NCBI RefSeq assembly: GCF_902652985.1
Contig: NC_047017.1
Span: 39,370,001 to 39,434,000, forward strand
Source of the DNA: Pecten maximus
Lineage: Eukaryota
Length of the DNA: 64,000 bases
Reading direction: 5' to 3'
Positions 1-14,200 of this stretch are shown here, piece by piece. The translations under genes were made by a program, and so were the position numbers. How positions within the stretch are numbered: the first letter of the stretch is position 1; the number at the start of each line of letters is the position of its first letter. The notes under the pieces are model-generated. The model was given only the letters and a program-made list of their open reading frames with translations, did not search any database and was not told where the DNA came from.

Positions 1-2067
1 GCTTCTCTATGTTGTATTGGCAGTACATTTTTATTGCGTGCCTTAAAAATATATAAATTAAAATTAAAATTTGATTGAAGATTATTCTTTGTGTTTAAAG
101 CCTGCGACGATAGCATTAAGTCAATTTAGCATTTCACAAACTTGTTATTACTTCAATACACTCGTATTCATCCGATTGTTCTCTGTATTGTTCTCTGTAA
201 ACAATGAACCAATGTTGTCGTTCTAAAGTTCCGTTTGATATTGACTACTGGGGGGATTTTGCGATGAAGAGTCAGTCATTACATTACAGTAAGTGAGGAT
301 ACAACGAATTAATCAAGTTCTCGATAAATATAAAATCAATAAAGAAGACATAAAGAAAAGTTTTAAATGTTGTTGTATTGTTAACATTGTAGAGATAATT
401 TTTGGAACCGGGGATGTAATAAATGTAGTTAATTCCATTTGTGCGATATAAGGTTTGTCATTTTTCGTAACTTTCTATTCCTAGCTAACAATATTACGAA
501 TCCTTGAGAAATTGTACTGTACGTAATATGAATGATATTGTAGAAGTATTTCGATTTTGTTTCATTCTGAAATGCCAACGTTACTTTTATATGCATTTTG
601 AAAAGTTATTAGTTAAAAAGGCCAAGCATATTTTAGATTGATACAATTATGTAACGGTAAATACTATTTATCGTAAAGAAGAAAAAAAAGGCCAAAAGAT
701 ATAAAAGCGACTAATTAAAGAACTGTATTACCTTACTGTTTATGCTCTCCGACTGCACTGTCTTTCATGTTTTCATTGTTTACATTGTAAATATCAGGAG
801 AATGTGTATATAGTGTAAGAATGATGAGTCGGAAGACTCGAAGTTGATAAAGAACTTCGGAACTTAAACTTATGTAACTATAGCAGCACAACACGTAATT
901 CAAAGTATATGTTATGTATGTATAAAACCATAAATTATAGATAAATAAACCACAAACCTTTAAGAAACGATTCCTTGTTAGCATCGTCAGGCATCGCTGT
1001 TGTTTCCTTCGTAAACCCCAAACAGCTGGAACGTGCGTTGGTGTTGTAGATTAACAGATTAACGTCACGTCATGTTCATCTGAAAATATAACATATAATG
1101 ATGATGGTAGATCTATAATATACACAGTTGTTTGACTATATCACATATAATCACCTATATTTTACATATATAGAAGATATTACATTTTTTTCACGCTTTC
1201 ATACGTCAAAAATGAAAAATTCTGAGATACACTGCATTGATCCCACGCTAAATGGAAGCTCGCGTAAGATTCTGTACGAAATAACAATTTTAGTTTTGAT
1301 CAACAATTTTCATAAATGTGACATCTGTCACATGAGTGTTTCATGTCGTTTCATGTTTTACATATCTTTATTAGATCGATAATACACATAAATAACACAA
1401 ACCTGCTGTTACCTATATACATGGCCGATACTGATGATACATTTTGAATCAACTGTATTTAAAACAGATATATGTCATTTGTGCTACACATCACCTTTAT
1501 TTTCATCAACACCGGAAAGTACTGCCTGCCTCAGACATACTTTTAGTAGATCATAATATAGAATAGGCCAAGTATGTTGAAATATTAATAAACCAGCATT
1601 TATCGTTCTCCTTCATACTCGGCGTTTAAGAGATTGTGTTCACATAGATGTGTACAAGTCCCTGAGAAGACGAGACAGCTATTATCGTTGGGTTTAGGTT
1701 TCGAAAATGATGCTCCCTACAACATTGAAAATTATGAGTTAAAAGTTTCAAAACCTCAGATTTTTTTCGTCGCAGCCGAAACTGTTGTGCAGCAACAACA
1801 GATTGAAATCCTAGTCCCTTGGTTACAAGGACGACATTTCTAAGAAATACTAAACCATCTATAATACATTACATCTACTTTGCATCAGTAACTCTATCAA
1901 AATACTTAACAATGTACATACAAACAATAGCCTTTTCCTTTGACAACACTTCTCACATCCATCAAACCAACGTCAAGTGTACTTGTCCGTTATTTCGGCT
2001 CATGGCATCACAACGCGTCCTCTAGGAGAGATATAACATTGAGGGCCTAGAGAGTAACGAGAGAAAC

Positions 2068-4210
2068 CGCAGGTACACTAATTATCATATAGGGAACAAT
2101 AGGGGCACCAGGTACACTAATTATCATATAGGGAACAATAGGGGCACCAGGTACACTTATTATCATATAGGGAACAATAGGGGCACCAGGTACACTTATT
2201 ATCATATAGGGAACAATATGGGCACCAGGTACACTAATTATCATACAATGGAAAAAAGCACCAGGTACACTAATTAGTATATAGTGAAACAATAGAAGCA
2301 CCAGGTACACTAATTATCATATAAGGAAACAATAGAAACACCAGGTACACTAATTATCATATAAGGAAACAATAGAAGCACCAGGTACACTAATTATCAT
2401 ATAAGGAAACAATAGAAACACCAGGTACACTAATTATCATATAAGGAAACAATAGAAACACCAGGTACACTAATTATCATATAAGGAAACAATAGAAGCA
2501 CCAGGTACACTAATTATCATACAGGGAAACAACAGGGGCACCAGGTACACTAATTATCATGTAGGGAAACAATAGAAGCGCCGGGTACACTAATTATCAT
2601 ATAAGGAAACAATAGAAACACCAGGTACACTAATTATCATATAAGGAAACAATAGAAACACCAGGTACACTAATTATCATATAAGGAAACAATAGAAGCA
2701 CCAGGTACACTAATTATCATATAAGGAAACAATAGAAGCACCAGGTACACTAATTATCATACAGGGAAACAATAGGGGCACCAGGTACACTAATTATCAT
2801 ATAAGGAAACAATAGAAGCGCCGGGTACACTAATTATCATATAAGGAAACAATAGAAGCGCCGGGTACACTAATTATCATATAAGGAAACAATAGAAGCA
2901 CCAGGTACACTAATTATCATACAGGGAAACAATAGAAGCGCCGGATACACTAATTATCATATAAGGAAACAATAGAAACACCAGGTACACTAATTATCAT
3001 ACAGGGAAACAATAGGGGCACCAGGTACACTAATTATCATATAAGGAAACAATAGAAGCACCAGGTACACTAATTATCATATAAGGAAACAATAGAAACA
3101 CCAGGTACACTAATTATCATATAAGGAAACAATAGAAGCGCCGGGTACACTAATTATCATCTAAGGAAACAATAGAAGCAACAGGTACACTAATTATCAT
3201 ACAATGGAAAAAAGCACCGGGTACACTAAGTATCATATAGGGAAACAATAGAAGCACCAGGTACACTAATTTCCATACATAAGAACAATAGAAGCACCAG
3301 GTACACTAATTTTCATACAATGGAAAAAAGCACCAGGTACACTAATTATCATATAAGGAAACAATAGGGGCACCAGGTACACTAATTATCATACAGGGAA
3401 ACAATAGGGGCACCAGGTACACTAATTATCATATAAGGAAGCAAAAGAAGCGCCGGGTACACTAATTATCATATAAGGAAACAATAGAAGCACCAGGTAC
3501 ACTAATTATCATATAAGGAAACAATAGAAACACCAGGTACACTAATTATCATACAGGGAAACAATAAGGGCACCAGGTACACTAATTATCATATAAGGAA
3601 ACAATAGAAGCACCAGGTACACTAATTATCATATAAGGAAACAATAGAAGCGCCAGGTACACTAATTATCATATAAGGAAACCATAGAAGCACCAGGTAC
3701 ACTAATTATCATATAGGGAAACAATAGAAACACCAGGTACACTAATTATCATACAATGGAAAAAAGCACAAGGTACACTAATTAACATACCGGGAAACAA
3801 TAGAAGCACCAGGTACACTAATTATCACACAGGGAAACAATAGGGGTACCAGGTACACTAATTATCATACAATGGAAAAAAGCACAAGGTACACTAATTA
3901 ACATACCGGGAAACAATAGGAGTAACAGGTACACTAATTATCATACATAAGAACAATAGAAGCACCAGGTACACTCATTATCATACCGGGGAACAATAGA
4001 AGCACCAGGTACACTCATTTTCATACAATGGAAAAAAAGCACCAGGTACACTAATTAACATACCGGGAAACAATAGAAGCACTAGGTACACTAATTAACA
4101 TACCGGGAAACAATAGAAGCACTAGGTACACTCATTATCATACATAAGAACATAGAAGCACCGGGTACACTAATAAGCATACAGGGAAACAATAGAAACA
4201 CAAGGTACAT
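2068..4210. repeat. ~40-bp minisatellite, ~54 copies
   Basis: unit CACCAGGTACACTAATTATCATATAAGGAAACAATAGAAG. Confidence 0.97.
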
Positions 4211-6299
4211 ACATTATTACACAAGGAAACAGAAACTATAGACAGCACCGATCTGTAAACGAATCCGTGATTCTTAGTGGATATTGATAAACGGTGGTAA
4301 ACTATCAACAAAAACTAGATTAACACGGGGACCCTGGAAAGGCACAAGGAAACTTAGGCCAGGTGAAAGAGCAGGCACCATGTATCTCAAAATGAGAACA
4401 ATGATGATAACATCGGATCCACCATGCATGAGAACGAACAGGGCAGCAAAAACTGTCAAACTTGTGAATAGACTTCCTCAATATTCATTTTATGAAATCC
4501 ATGCTGTAATATTTCTCGTCAGTAGGTAAGAATGTTACTTAAAAAGAACACAATGAATTACTGTTTAGGTGGTATAGTCGCTGTGAGCTACCCTGCATGT
4601 GAATCGGACGGTCTATGGTCCCTGGTTCAAGTAAACCACGAGTGTCTACACCGTTACGTGACAGTTATTTCAAGCTAGGGGCGTACTGATATACTGATGA
4701 CTATACAAGGTTATGAACATGTCCTTATTAATCCAACTGAATGTTTGGAACATCAGACCTAAGTTAAAGTTAGTTTTATAGACAAAATCAACTTACTTGT
4801 TCAAGATCTGGTCATGCTGAGTGGCTCGCCCGTGTACAGCGCCCAGAGGACTCTCTGTTATAACGTAACGAAACAGTAGAGAGTAGACACACACGTACCC
4901 GAGTGACAGTTAACACAGCTGTATATATATCTACTTGTCCGACGGTACCTCTAAATGTCGTCTATTAACTTCTCTGGTTCGTAGATTGTTTTGAATGGGC
5001 GTATTCTCCTTTTTTTGTGAAATGCGTCTCAGTTCCAACAGAGAACTTTAACTGTATTCAATTCGTTTATAATGTTGTTATTGCGGATTGCACGCTACAC
5101 ACCTTTACTTAATATATTCTATATAAAAGAGTTATGTTGTATAGGAGACTTATAGTTTGGGTTACGACTAAGAGCACTGTAAAACAAATAATAACAATGG
5201 AAATTAGTCAAATAGGTTATATTAATCTATAAACAAACCTTAGTCCTATCGTATCAAAATCTGGTTGTCTTATATTCTCTCTTCACAACATGATTTTTGT
5301 TATTCAAATGTTTTCGTTTCCAGGACCAATATACATTTACAGCCTTCCAAATCTATATTATATCAAGCCACTACGCTCAAACCAAGTGATTTTTGTTTTG
5401 TCTTTCTTCAACGGAGATATTTTCGCAACATTTATCAGTACTTTTCTATGCCGAGATATTTCCCTCGTTTTCCTTTGTTCATTAAATTACAATAGATATT
5501 TTGTGTGTACACATTGGTGAAAGAATATATGATAACATATTTAATATCACGGTAAAACAACACATTTAAAGTAAAAGATTTTCTGTTTTTCTGGTTTTTT
5601 TTTTAAATTTTTATTTTTAAAAGTCCGTCTCTTTAAACATCTGATGAATATTCTGCGAATACGATTTCACGGTTTTACTTCATAGTGACGAATCTCTCAT
5701 GGATCATATATTGGCATTAGTAGTGCAGTTTATTTGATTTTCTTTATAACATTGAGAAGTGCAGTTTAAGATTCTAATTTATCCCTGAGTCTAGCCCGAT
5801 ACAACTAGGTTTACGAATGTTTAAGTTACTCGAAAGAAATTTAATTTCAGTTTTGTAAGATTTAATTTGTAAAGATTACAAAGATACATGCATAGGCAGT
5901 GAAAATATCGCCTTTCTGTGTTATCATTATCAGTGTTGGCGATGTAGTGACATTAGAACGAGGGAGGAACACACAGAATAAAGGAGTGCGTAAGTCAGTC
6001 ATGACGTTATAACGTTGGCTGGTCTGGCTCAAAACAAAGGCTCGTCTAAAGAACAAACTGTGGTTACAGGCCTTGGGACTACCATTGATTCTGTAACTTT
6101 TGTTGAAAATATTCGATTTGTTTGTTTGGAAGCGCGATACACAAGTCATGATATGATGAGCTATGTTTCAACTAGCCTGTAAGGGGTAAAACAAACCAGC
6201 AATGAACCATTCAATATAAAATATCTTAGAGTTAGATAAAGTATGGCTAAGAATGAATTAAATTGCATCATATACAATGTAGCTGTTTAACCGATATTA

Positions 6300-6963
6300 G
6301 ACTAAAGGAAACACAAAGTGTGCCGAAAAAAATGTCAAAATTTGGACGAAGAAGTGCAATAGCCCCATAATTAAAGAAATGTCATTATTCCAAACTTATT
6401 CCTAGTGTACTCTGAATTTCAAAAGAATGTCAAGAACGTGTGTATATTCTGAACCGTGTCACTAATCAAATGAATTAAAACCTGACATGCAGAATACGGC
6501 CAACTTTGGGGATATAAGTCCACCAGCAGTGTCAACCACATGGAATTTCAAAGGATTTTACAAAAGACACACGGTATTACGTTAATTTTGTGAGTTACAA
6601 ATGTTTATTATTTAGCAAAAAGTATTGATTTCCCAAGACATAATAGTCATAAATGCCCCCGCTGCCACGTGACACCCCGAATCAAATTTTGATGAGGATC
6701 GCATCAGCAGTTCCTGAGATTATCCTGAGATTATCGTGAGATGAGCTAGTTACATTGCATCGGGACGGGACGGTAACACTATATGCCCCCCTCCCAATTG
6801 TAATACTCTATGCCCCCTCCCCTCCCAATTGTAATACTCTATGCCCCCTCCCCTCCCAATGGTAATACTCTATGCCCCCCCTCCCAATGGTAATACTCTA
6901 TGCCCCCCTCCCAATTGTAATACTCTATGCCCCCCCCCCCCCCCCTTCGTGGCGGGAGTATAC
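6300..6963 (+). mobile_element. HINE-like element (partial second copy at 9829-10110)
   Basis: AAATGCCCCCGC subterminal motif, (GGGAC)n microsatellite, CTATATGCCCCC...GGCGGGAGTATA end with an internal ~29-bp tandem expansion (6775-6935). Confidence 0.5.
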
Positions 6964-6969
6964 AATTCT

Positions 6970-7400
6970 TAGAAATATTGACATCGAGAGGAGAGAGTCG
7001 GAAAACATCGGATAGAGCTGGAAAGAGTCTGATTTCCTAAAGAAAATATGGGCAAAATGGAGTAAAAGTTCCGGAAATTAAAAAAAAGTGAGATGAGTGA
7101 AGAGAGAGCATAGACCAATGGACGACAAACGTGGTCTGGAATCATGTCAGATTTAATTCTGGGGTAAGTGAACGACCTGCTGCCATCAAACCTCTACATA
7201 TGGGGATTGACGAAGGATACGAACTGCCCTCTGACAAACCAGGCAGTCACATTCTGTCTACAGGTATCGTCGCTCTCACTCAGGGACGCTACAGGCTACG
7301 GTATATTCGTGTTTGCGGTATATTCGTGTTTGCGGTATATTCGTGTTTGCGGTATATTCGTGTTTGTCTCCCAAGTTTTGAAAATGATGTCGACTTTATA
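6970..7400 (+). mobile_element. degenerate HERO-like (RLE-type non-LTR) retrotransposon fragment; its 3' end continues to ~11305
   Basis: DLLPSNLYIWGLTKDTNCPL and KPGSHILSTGIVALTQGRYRLR match the HERO zinc-knuckle region (LPSPxNLxxWG...C..C...HILSxCxxALxQGRYxWRH); FVSQVLKMMSTL matches the post-endonuclease segment. Confidence 0.65.
7299..7365. repeat. 17-bp tandem repeat x4
   Basis: CGGTATATTCGTGTTTG. Confidence 0.95.
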
Positions 7401-7402
7401 GT

Positions 7403-9825
7403 GCAGATGGCTATGGTGGGGACGACAAAGAAGGAGCTGTAGAATGATGGTCAGAGACGGTAGAGCAATCGTCCAGATGGCTATGGTGGGGACGACAAAG
7501 AAGGAGCTGTAGAATGATGGTCAGAGACGGTAGAGCAATCGTCCAGATGGCTATGGTGGGGACGACAAAGAAGGAGCTGTAGAATGATGGTCAGAGACGG
7601 TAGAGCAATCGTCCAGATGGCTACTGGTGGGGACGACAAAGAAGGAGCTGTAGAATGATGGTCAGAGACGGTAGAGAAATCGTCCAGATGGCTATGGTGG
7701 GGACGACAAAGAAGGAGCTGTAGAATGATGGTCAGAGACGGTAGAGAAATCGTCCAGATGGCTATGGTGGGGACGACAAGGAAGGAGCTGTAGAATGATG
7801 GTCAGAGACGGTAGAGAAATCGTCCAGATGGCTATGGTGGGGACGACAAGGAAGGAGCTGTAGAATGATGGTCAGAGACGGTAGAGAAATCGTCCAGATG
7901 GCTATGGTGGGGACGACAAAGAAGGAGCTGTAGAATGATGGTCAGAGACGTTAGAGAAATCGTCCAGATGGCTATGGTGGGGACGACAAAGAAGGAGCTG
8001 TAGAATGATGGTCAGAGACGGTAGAGCAATCGTCCAGATGGCTATGGTGGGGACGACAAAGAAGGAGCTGTAGAATGATGGTCAGAGACGGTAGAGAAAT
8101 CGTCCAGATGGCTATTGTGGGGACGACAAAGAAGGAGCTGTAGAATGATGGTCAGAGACGGTAGAGCAATCGTCCAGATGGCTATGGTGGGGACGACAAA
8201 AAAGGAGCTGTAGAATGATGGTCAGAGACGGTAGAGAAATCGTCCAGATGGCTATGGTGGGGACGACAAGGAAGGAGCTGTAGAATGATGGTCAGAGACG
8301 GTAGATAAATCGTCCAGATGGCTATGGTGGGGACGACAAGGAAGGAGCTGTAGAATGATGGTCAGAGACGGTAGAGAAATCGTCCAGATGGCTATGGTGG
8401 GGACGACAAAGAAGGAGCTGTAGAATGATGGTCAGAGACGGTAGAGAAATCGTCCAGATGGCTATGGTGGGGACGACAAAGAAGGAGCTGTAGAATGATG
8501 GTCAGAGACGTTAGAGAAATCGTCCAGATGGCTATGGTGGGGACGACAAGGAAGGAGCTGTAGAATGATGGTCAGAGACGGTAGAGAAATCGTCCAGATG
8601 GCTATGGTGGGGACGACAGGGAAGGAGCTGTAGAATGATGGTCAGAGACGGTAGAGAAATCGTCCAGATGGCTATGGTGGGGACGACAAGGAAGGAGCTG
8701 TAGAATGATGGTCAGAGACGGTAGAGCAATCGTCCAGATGGCTATGGTGGGGACGACAAAGAAGGAGCTGTAGAATGATGGTCAGAGACGGTAGAGCAAT
8801 CGTCCAGATGGCTATGGTGGGGACGACAAAGAAGGAGCTGTAGAATGATGGTCAGAGACGGTAGAGAAATCGTCCAGATGGCTATTGTGGGGACGACAAA
8901 GAAGGAGCTGTAGAATGATGGTCAGAGACGGTAGAGCAATCGTCCAGATGGCTATGGTGGGGACGACAAAAAAGGAGCTGTAGAATGATGGTCAGAGACG
9001 GTAGAGAAATCGTCCAGATGGCTATGGTGGGGACGACAAAGAAGGAGCTGTAGAATGATGGTCAAAGACGGTAGAGCAATCATCCAGATGGCTATGGTGG
9101 GGACGACAAGGAAGGAGCTGTAGAATAATGGCCATAGACAGTGGGGAAATCATCTAGATAGCTATGGTAGGGACGACAATGAAGGATCTGTAGAATGATG
9201 GTCAAAGACGGCGAGAAATCGTCCAGATGGCTATGGTGGGGACGACAAAGAAGGAGCTGTAGAATGATGGTCAAAGACGGCGAGAAATCGTCCAGATGGC
9301 TATGGTAGGGACGACAAAGAAGGAGCTGTAGAATGATGGTCAGAGACGGTAGAGAAATCGTCCAGATGGCTATGGTGGGGACGACAAGGAAGGAGCTGTA
9401 GAATGATGGTCAGAGACGGTAGAGCAATCATCCAGATGGCTATGGTGGGGACGACAAGGAAGGAGCTGTAGAATAATGGCCATAGACAGTGGGGAAATCA
9501 TCAAGATGGCTATGGTAGGGACGACAATGAAGGATCTGTAGAATGATGGTCAAAGACGGCGAGAAATCGTCCAGATGGCTATGGTGGGGACGACAAAGAA
9601 GGAGCTGTAGAATGATGGTCAAAGACGGCGAGAAATCGTCCAGATGGCTATGGTGGGGACGACAAAGAAGGAGCTGTAGAATGATGACCATAGACGGCAG
9701 AGATATCGTCCAGATGGCTATGATGGAGACGAAATGGAAGGAGCTGTAGAATAATGACCATAGACAGTGGGGAAATCATCTAGATGGTTATGGTAGGGAC
9801 GACAATGAAGGATCTGTATAATGAT
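7403..9825. repeat. 70-bp minisatellite, ~35 copies
   Basis: GTAGAGAAATCGTCCAGATGGCTATGGTGGGGACGACAAAGAAGGAGCTGTAGAATGATGGTCAGAGACG. Confidence 0.97.
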
Positions 9826-10269
9826 TTAACAAAAGACACACACGGTATTACGTTAATTTTGTGAGTTACAAATATTTATTATTTAGCAAAAAAGTATTGA
9901 TTTCCCCAGACATAATAGTCATAAATGCCCCCGCTGCCACGTGACACCCGAATCAAAATTCGGTGAGGATCGCATCAGCAGTTCCTGAGATAAGCTAGTT
10001 ACATTGCATCAGGACGGGAAGGGACGGGACGGGACGGTAACACTATATGCCCCCCTCCCAATGGTAATACTCTATGCCCCCCCCCCCCCCTCTTTATGGC
10101 GGGAGTATAAAATGCTTAGAAATGTTGACATCGAGACGAAAGAGTCGGAAAATATCGGATAGAGCTGGAAAGAGTCTGATTTCCTATAGAAAATATCGGG
10201 CAAAATGTAGTCAAAGTTCCGGAAATAAACGTGGTCTTGCATATGGAATCATCTGGGATGGAAAGGAGA

Positions 10270-11190
10270 ATCTAGTGGTGAAGGACAAAGAAGGAGCTGT
10301 AGAACGATGGTCAAAGACGGCGAGAAATCGTCCAGATGGCTATAGTGGGGACGAAAAGGAAGTAGCTGTAGAATGATGGTCAAACACGGTAGAGAAATCG
10401 TCCAGATGGCTATAATGGGGACGACAAGGAAGGAGCTGTAGAATGATGGTCAAAGACGGTAGAGATATCGTCCAGATTGCTATGGTGGCGACGAAAAGGA
10501 AGGCGCTGAAGAATGATGGTCAAAGACGGTAGAGATATCGTCCAGATTGCTATGGTGAGGACAAAAAGGAAGGCGCTGAAGAATGATGGTCAAAGACGGT
10601 AGAGATATCGTCCAGATGGCTATGGTGGGGACGGCAAGGAAGGAGCAGTAGAATAATGGCCATAGACAGTGGGGAAATCATCTGAATGGCTATGGTGGCG
10701 ACGAAAAGGAAGGCGCTGAAGAATGATGGTCAAAGACGGTAGAGATATCGTCCAGATGGTTATGGTGGGGATAAAATGGAAGGAGCTGTAGAATAATGGC
10801 CATAGACAGTGGGGAAATCATCTAGATTGCTATGGTGGGGACAAAGAAGGAGCTGTAGAATGATCGACAAAGACGGTAGAGAAATCGTCCAGATGGCTAT
10901 GGTGGGAATGACAAAGAAGGAGCTGTAGAATGATGGTCAGAGACGGTAGAGAATTCGACCAGATGGCTATGGTGGGGACGGAATGGAAGGAGCTGTAGAA
11001 CAATGGTCAGAGACGGTAGAGAAATCGTCCAGACGGCTATGGTGGGGACGACAAGAAGGAGCTGTAGAATGATGGTCAGAGACGGTAGAGAAATCGTCCA
11101 GACAGCTATGGTGGGGACGACAAGGAAGGAGCTGTAGAACAATGGTTGAAGAAGTTAGAGAAATCGACCAGATGGCTATGGTAGAAAAAA
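10270..11190. repeat. second, more diverged block of the 70-bp minisatellite, ~13 copies
   Basis: same unit with more substitutions. Confidence 0.95.
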
Positions 11191-11989
11191 GGCAGCAGCC
11201 GAGGGTCATCTACAGATGGGTAGTAATTCATCAAATTATTGTTGACTACAGTACAGGTGTCAAAACGCCCCGTGACAGGTCAAAAGCTTGGTTGATGACG
11301 TCTATGGGGCAACAATTCAGTGATTGTATTCCGGCCAGCTATATTTCGTGTATTATGCATAGTCGCAATCCCGAAAAGATATACTTTCTCTGCTCTTTTT
11401 TTTAAAGAATATACACGATTTAAATTCGCCGACCACTTCTTACCAATTTATTCTTCTCTTTCAGACATTGTCCCTTTCAGACTACTTCCTCTTCAGAGTC
11501 TTACTGGTTGAATGACGTTTGATTTTCCCGTGGTGATCCTATGGTAGACAAGGAGCTGTTATCTTATATAGTAAACGGTAACTTTAATGAGGTCTTTATG
11601 ATTTTACAATAATCATTTGCCATCTTTACAATTGTACAGCTTATCAACGCATGACAGTCACACTGTTATCAGATCAGAACAAGACGACAAAACGCCGGTC
11701 AATATGTATAGTATTTTAATGAAAACATTAGAAGACAGCTAACAAACGACCTGTAAGCATCACATATAACATCACAGTTGACATCATTGATATGAATATT
11801 AAATTGTGTGACCATTCTGGGCATAAAATGCAGGAGCAGTTTGTCATTCGCGTTTAAATTAAATTACAATGCTGATTAATTGATTTTGTAGAATTGGGAT
11901 TTCAATATATATATGAAACCTCTAATGTGACCTCCTTAATTCAACTCTGAATACATCAACATACTATTCTTCTCTTCTCATCTCTCAAC

Positions 11990-12980
11990 ACACTTAACCC
12001 TAACCACGCCACCTTCTCTACTAAACCCTAACCAAGCCAACCTTCTCTACTCAACTCTAACCACGCCACCCTTCTCTACTCAACCCTAACCACGCCACCT
12101 TCTCTACTAAACCCTAACCAAGCCAACCTTCTCTACTCAACTCTAACCAAGCCAACCTTCTCTACTCAACTCTAACCACGCCACCCTTCTCTACTCAACC
12201 CTAACCACGCCACCCTTCTCTACTCAACCCTAACCACCCTTCTCTACTCAACCCTAACCACGCCACCTTCTCTACTCAACCCTAACCCTAACCACCCTTC
12301 TCTACTCAACCCTAACCACGCCACCCTTCTCTACTCAACCCTAACCACGCCACCCTTCTCTACTCAACCCTAACCACGCCACCTTCTCTACTCAACCCTA
12401 ACCACGCCACCTTCTCTACTCAACCCTAACCACGCCACCCTTCTCTACTCAACCCGAACCACGCCACCCTTCTCTACTCAACCCGAAACACGCCACCCTT
12501 CTCTACTCAACTCTAACCACGCCACGTTCTCTACTAAACCCTAACTACGCCACCCTTCTCTACTCAACTCTAACCACGCCACCTTCTCTACTCAACCCTA
12601 ACCACGCCACCTTCTCTACTCAACCCTAACCACACCACCCTTCTCTACTCAACCCTAACCACGCCACCTTCTCTACTAAACCCAACCACGCCACCCTTCT
12701 CTACTAAACCCTAACCTCGCCACCTTCTCTACTAAACCCTAACCACGCCACTTTTCTCTACTCAATCCTCAAAAAAACATCCTTTTCTACTCAACCCTAA
12801 CCTCGCCACCCTTCTCTACTCAACCCTAACCACGCCACATTCTCTACTCAACCCTAACCACATCACCCTTCTCTACACAACCCTCAGCACATCACCTTTC
12901 ACTACACAACCCTCAGCACATCACCCTTCACTACACAACCCTCAACACACCACCTTTTCTACTCAACTCTCAACATGCAA
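11990..12980. repeat. 29-30-bp minisatellite containing CCCTAA
   Basis: CTACTCAACCCTAACCACGCCACCCTTCT. Confidence 0.95.
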
Positions 12981-13110
12981 CTCTTCTCTTTTCAACCCTC
13001 AACACAATCATCATTGTCCTTCTCTACTCAGGCAAAACACACTACCTTCCCCTTAGTACACAATCCTTCATTATTCATATGAGTCTGTCCACACGCCACT
13101 CTTCCCTACC

Positions 13111-14200
13111 CAATAGAGTCCTGTGTTACTGACATAACACAATAGTCGTGTGTTACTGACATAACACAATAGAGTCCTGTGTTACTGACATAACACAATA
13201 GAGTCCTGTGTTACTGACATAACACAATAGAGTCCTGTGTTACTGACATAACACAATAGAGTCCTGTGTTACTGACATAACACAATAGAGTCCTGTGTTA
13301 CTGACATAACACAATAGAGTCCTGTGTTACTGACATAACACAATAGTGTCCTGTGTTACTGACATAACACAATAGAGTCCTGTGTTACTGACATAACACA
13401 ATAGAGTCCTGTGTTACTGACATAACACAATAGTGTCCTGTTATGACATACCCCAATAGTCCTGTGTTACTGACATAACACAATAGAGTCGTTGTGTTAC
13501 TGACCATAACACAATAGGTCCGTGTGTTCACTGACATAACACAATAGTGTCGTGTGTTACTGACATAACACAATAGAGTCGTGTGTTACTGACATAACAC
13601 AATAGTGTCGTGTGTTACTGACATAACACAATAGAGTCGTGAGTTACTGACATAACACAATAGAGTCGTGTGTTACTGACATAACACAATAGTCGTGTGT
13701 TACTGACATAACACAATAGAGTCGTGTGTTACAGACATAACACAATAGAGTCATGTGTTACTGACATAACACAATAGAGTCGTGTGTTACTGACATAACA
13801 CAATAGAGTCGTGTGTTACTGACATAACACAAGAGAGTCGTGTGTTACTGACATAACACAATAGTGTCGTGTGTTACTGACATAACACAATAGAGTTCTG
13901 TGTTACTTACATAACACAATAGAGTCGTGTGTTACTGACATAACACAATAGTGTCGTGTGTTACTGACATAACACAAAAGAGTTCTGTGTTACTTACATA
14001 ACACAATAGTGTCCTGTGTTACTGACATAACACAATAGAGTCCTGTGTTACTGACATAACACAATAGAGACCTGTGTTACTGACATAACACAATAGAGTC
14101 CTGTGTTACTGACATAACACAATAGAGTCCTGTGTTACTGACATAACACAATAGTGTCCTGTGTTACTGACATAACACAATAGAGTCATGTGTTACTGAC
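13111..14200. repeat. 29-bp minisatellite with internal hairpin, ~37 copies
   Basis: CAATAGAGTCC-TGTGTTA-CTGACA-TAACA(CA). Confidence 0.97.

Noticed and set aside
4274-4529. Short ORFs with a downstream AG|GTAAGA donor
   Set aside because: No recognisable protein similarity and no partner exons found; could be a non-coding exon but is unsupported
2047-11209. Repetitive ORFs (2047-2310, 9092-9749, 10897-11209)
   Set aside because: Chance open frames in non-triplet minisatellites; the same applies to 13385-13573, 15545-16014 and 33008-33244
13111-14200. Palindromic 29-bp repeats resembling a CRISPR array
   Set aside because: Head-to-tail units with no unique spacers, no cas genes, eukaryotic context
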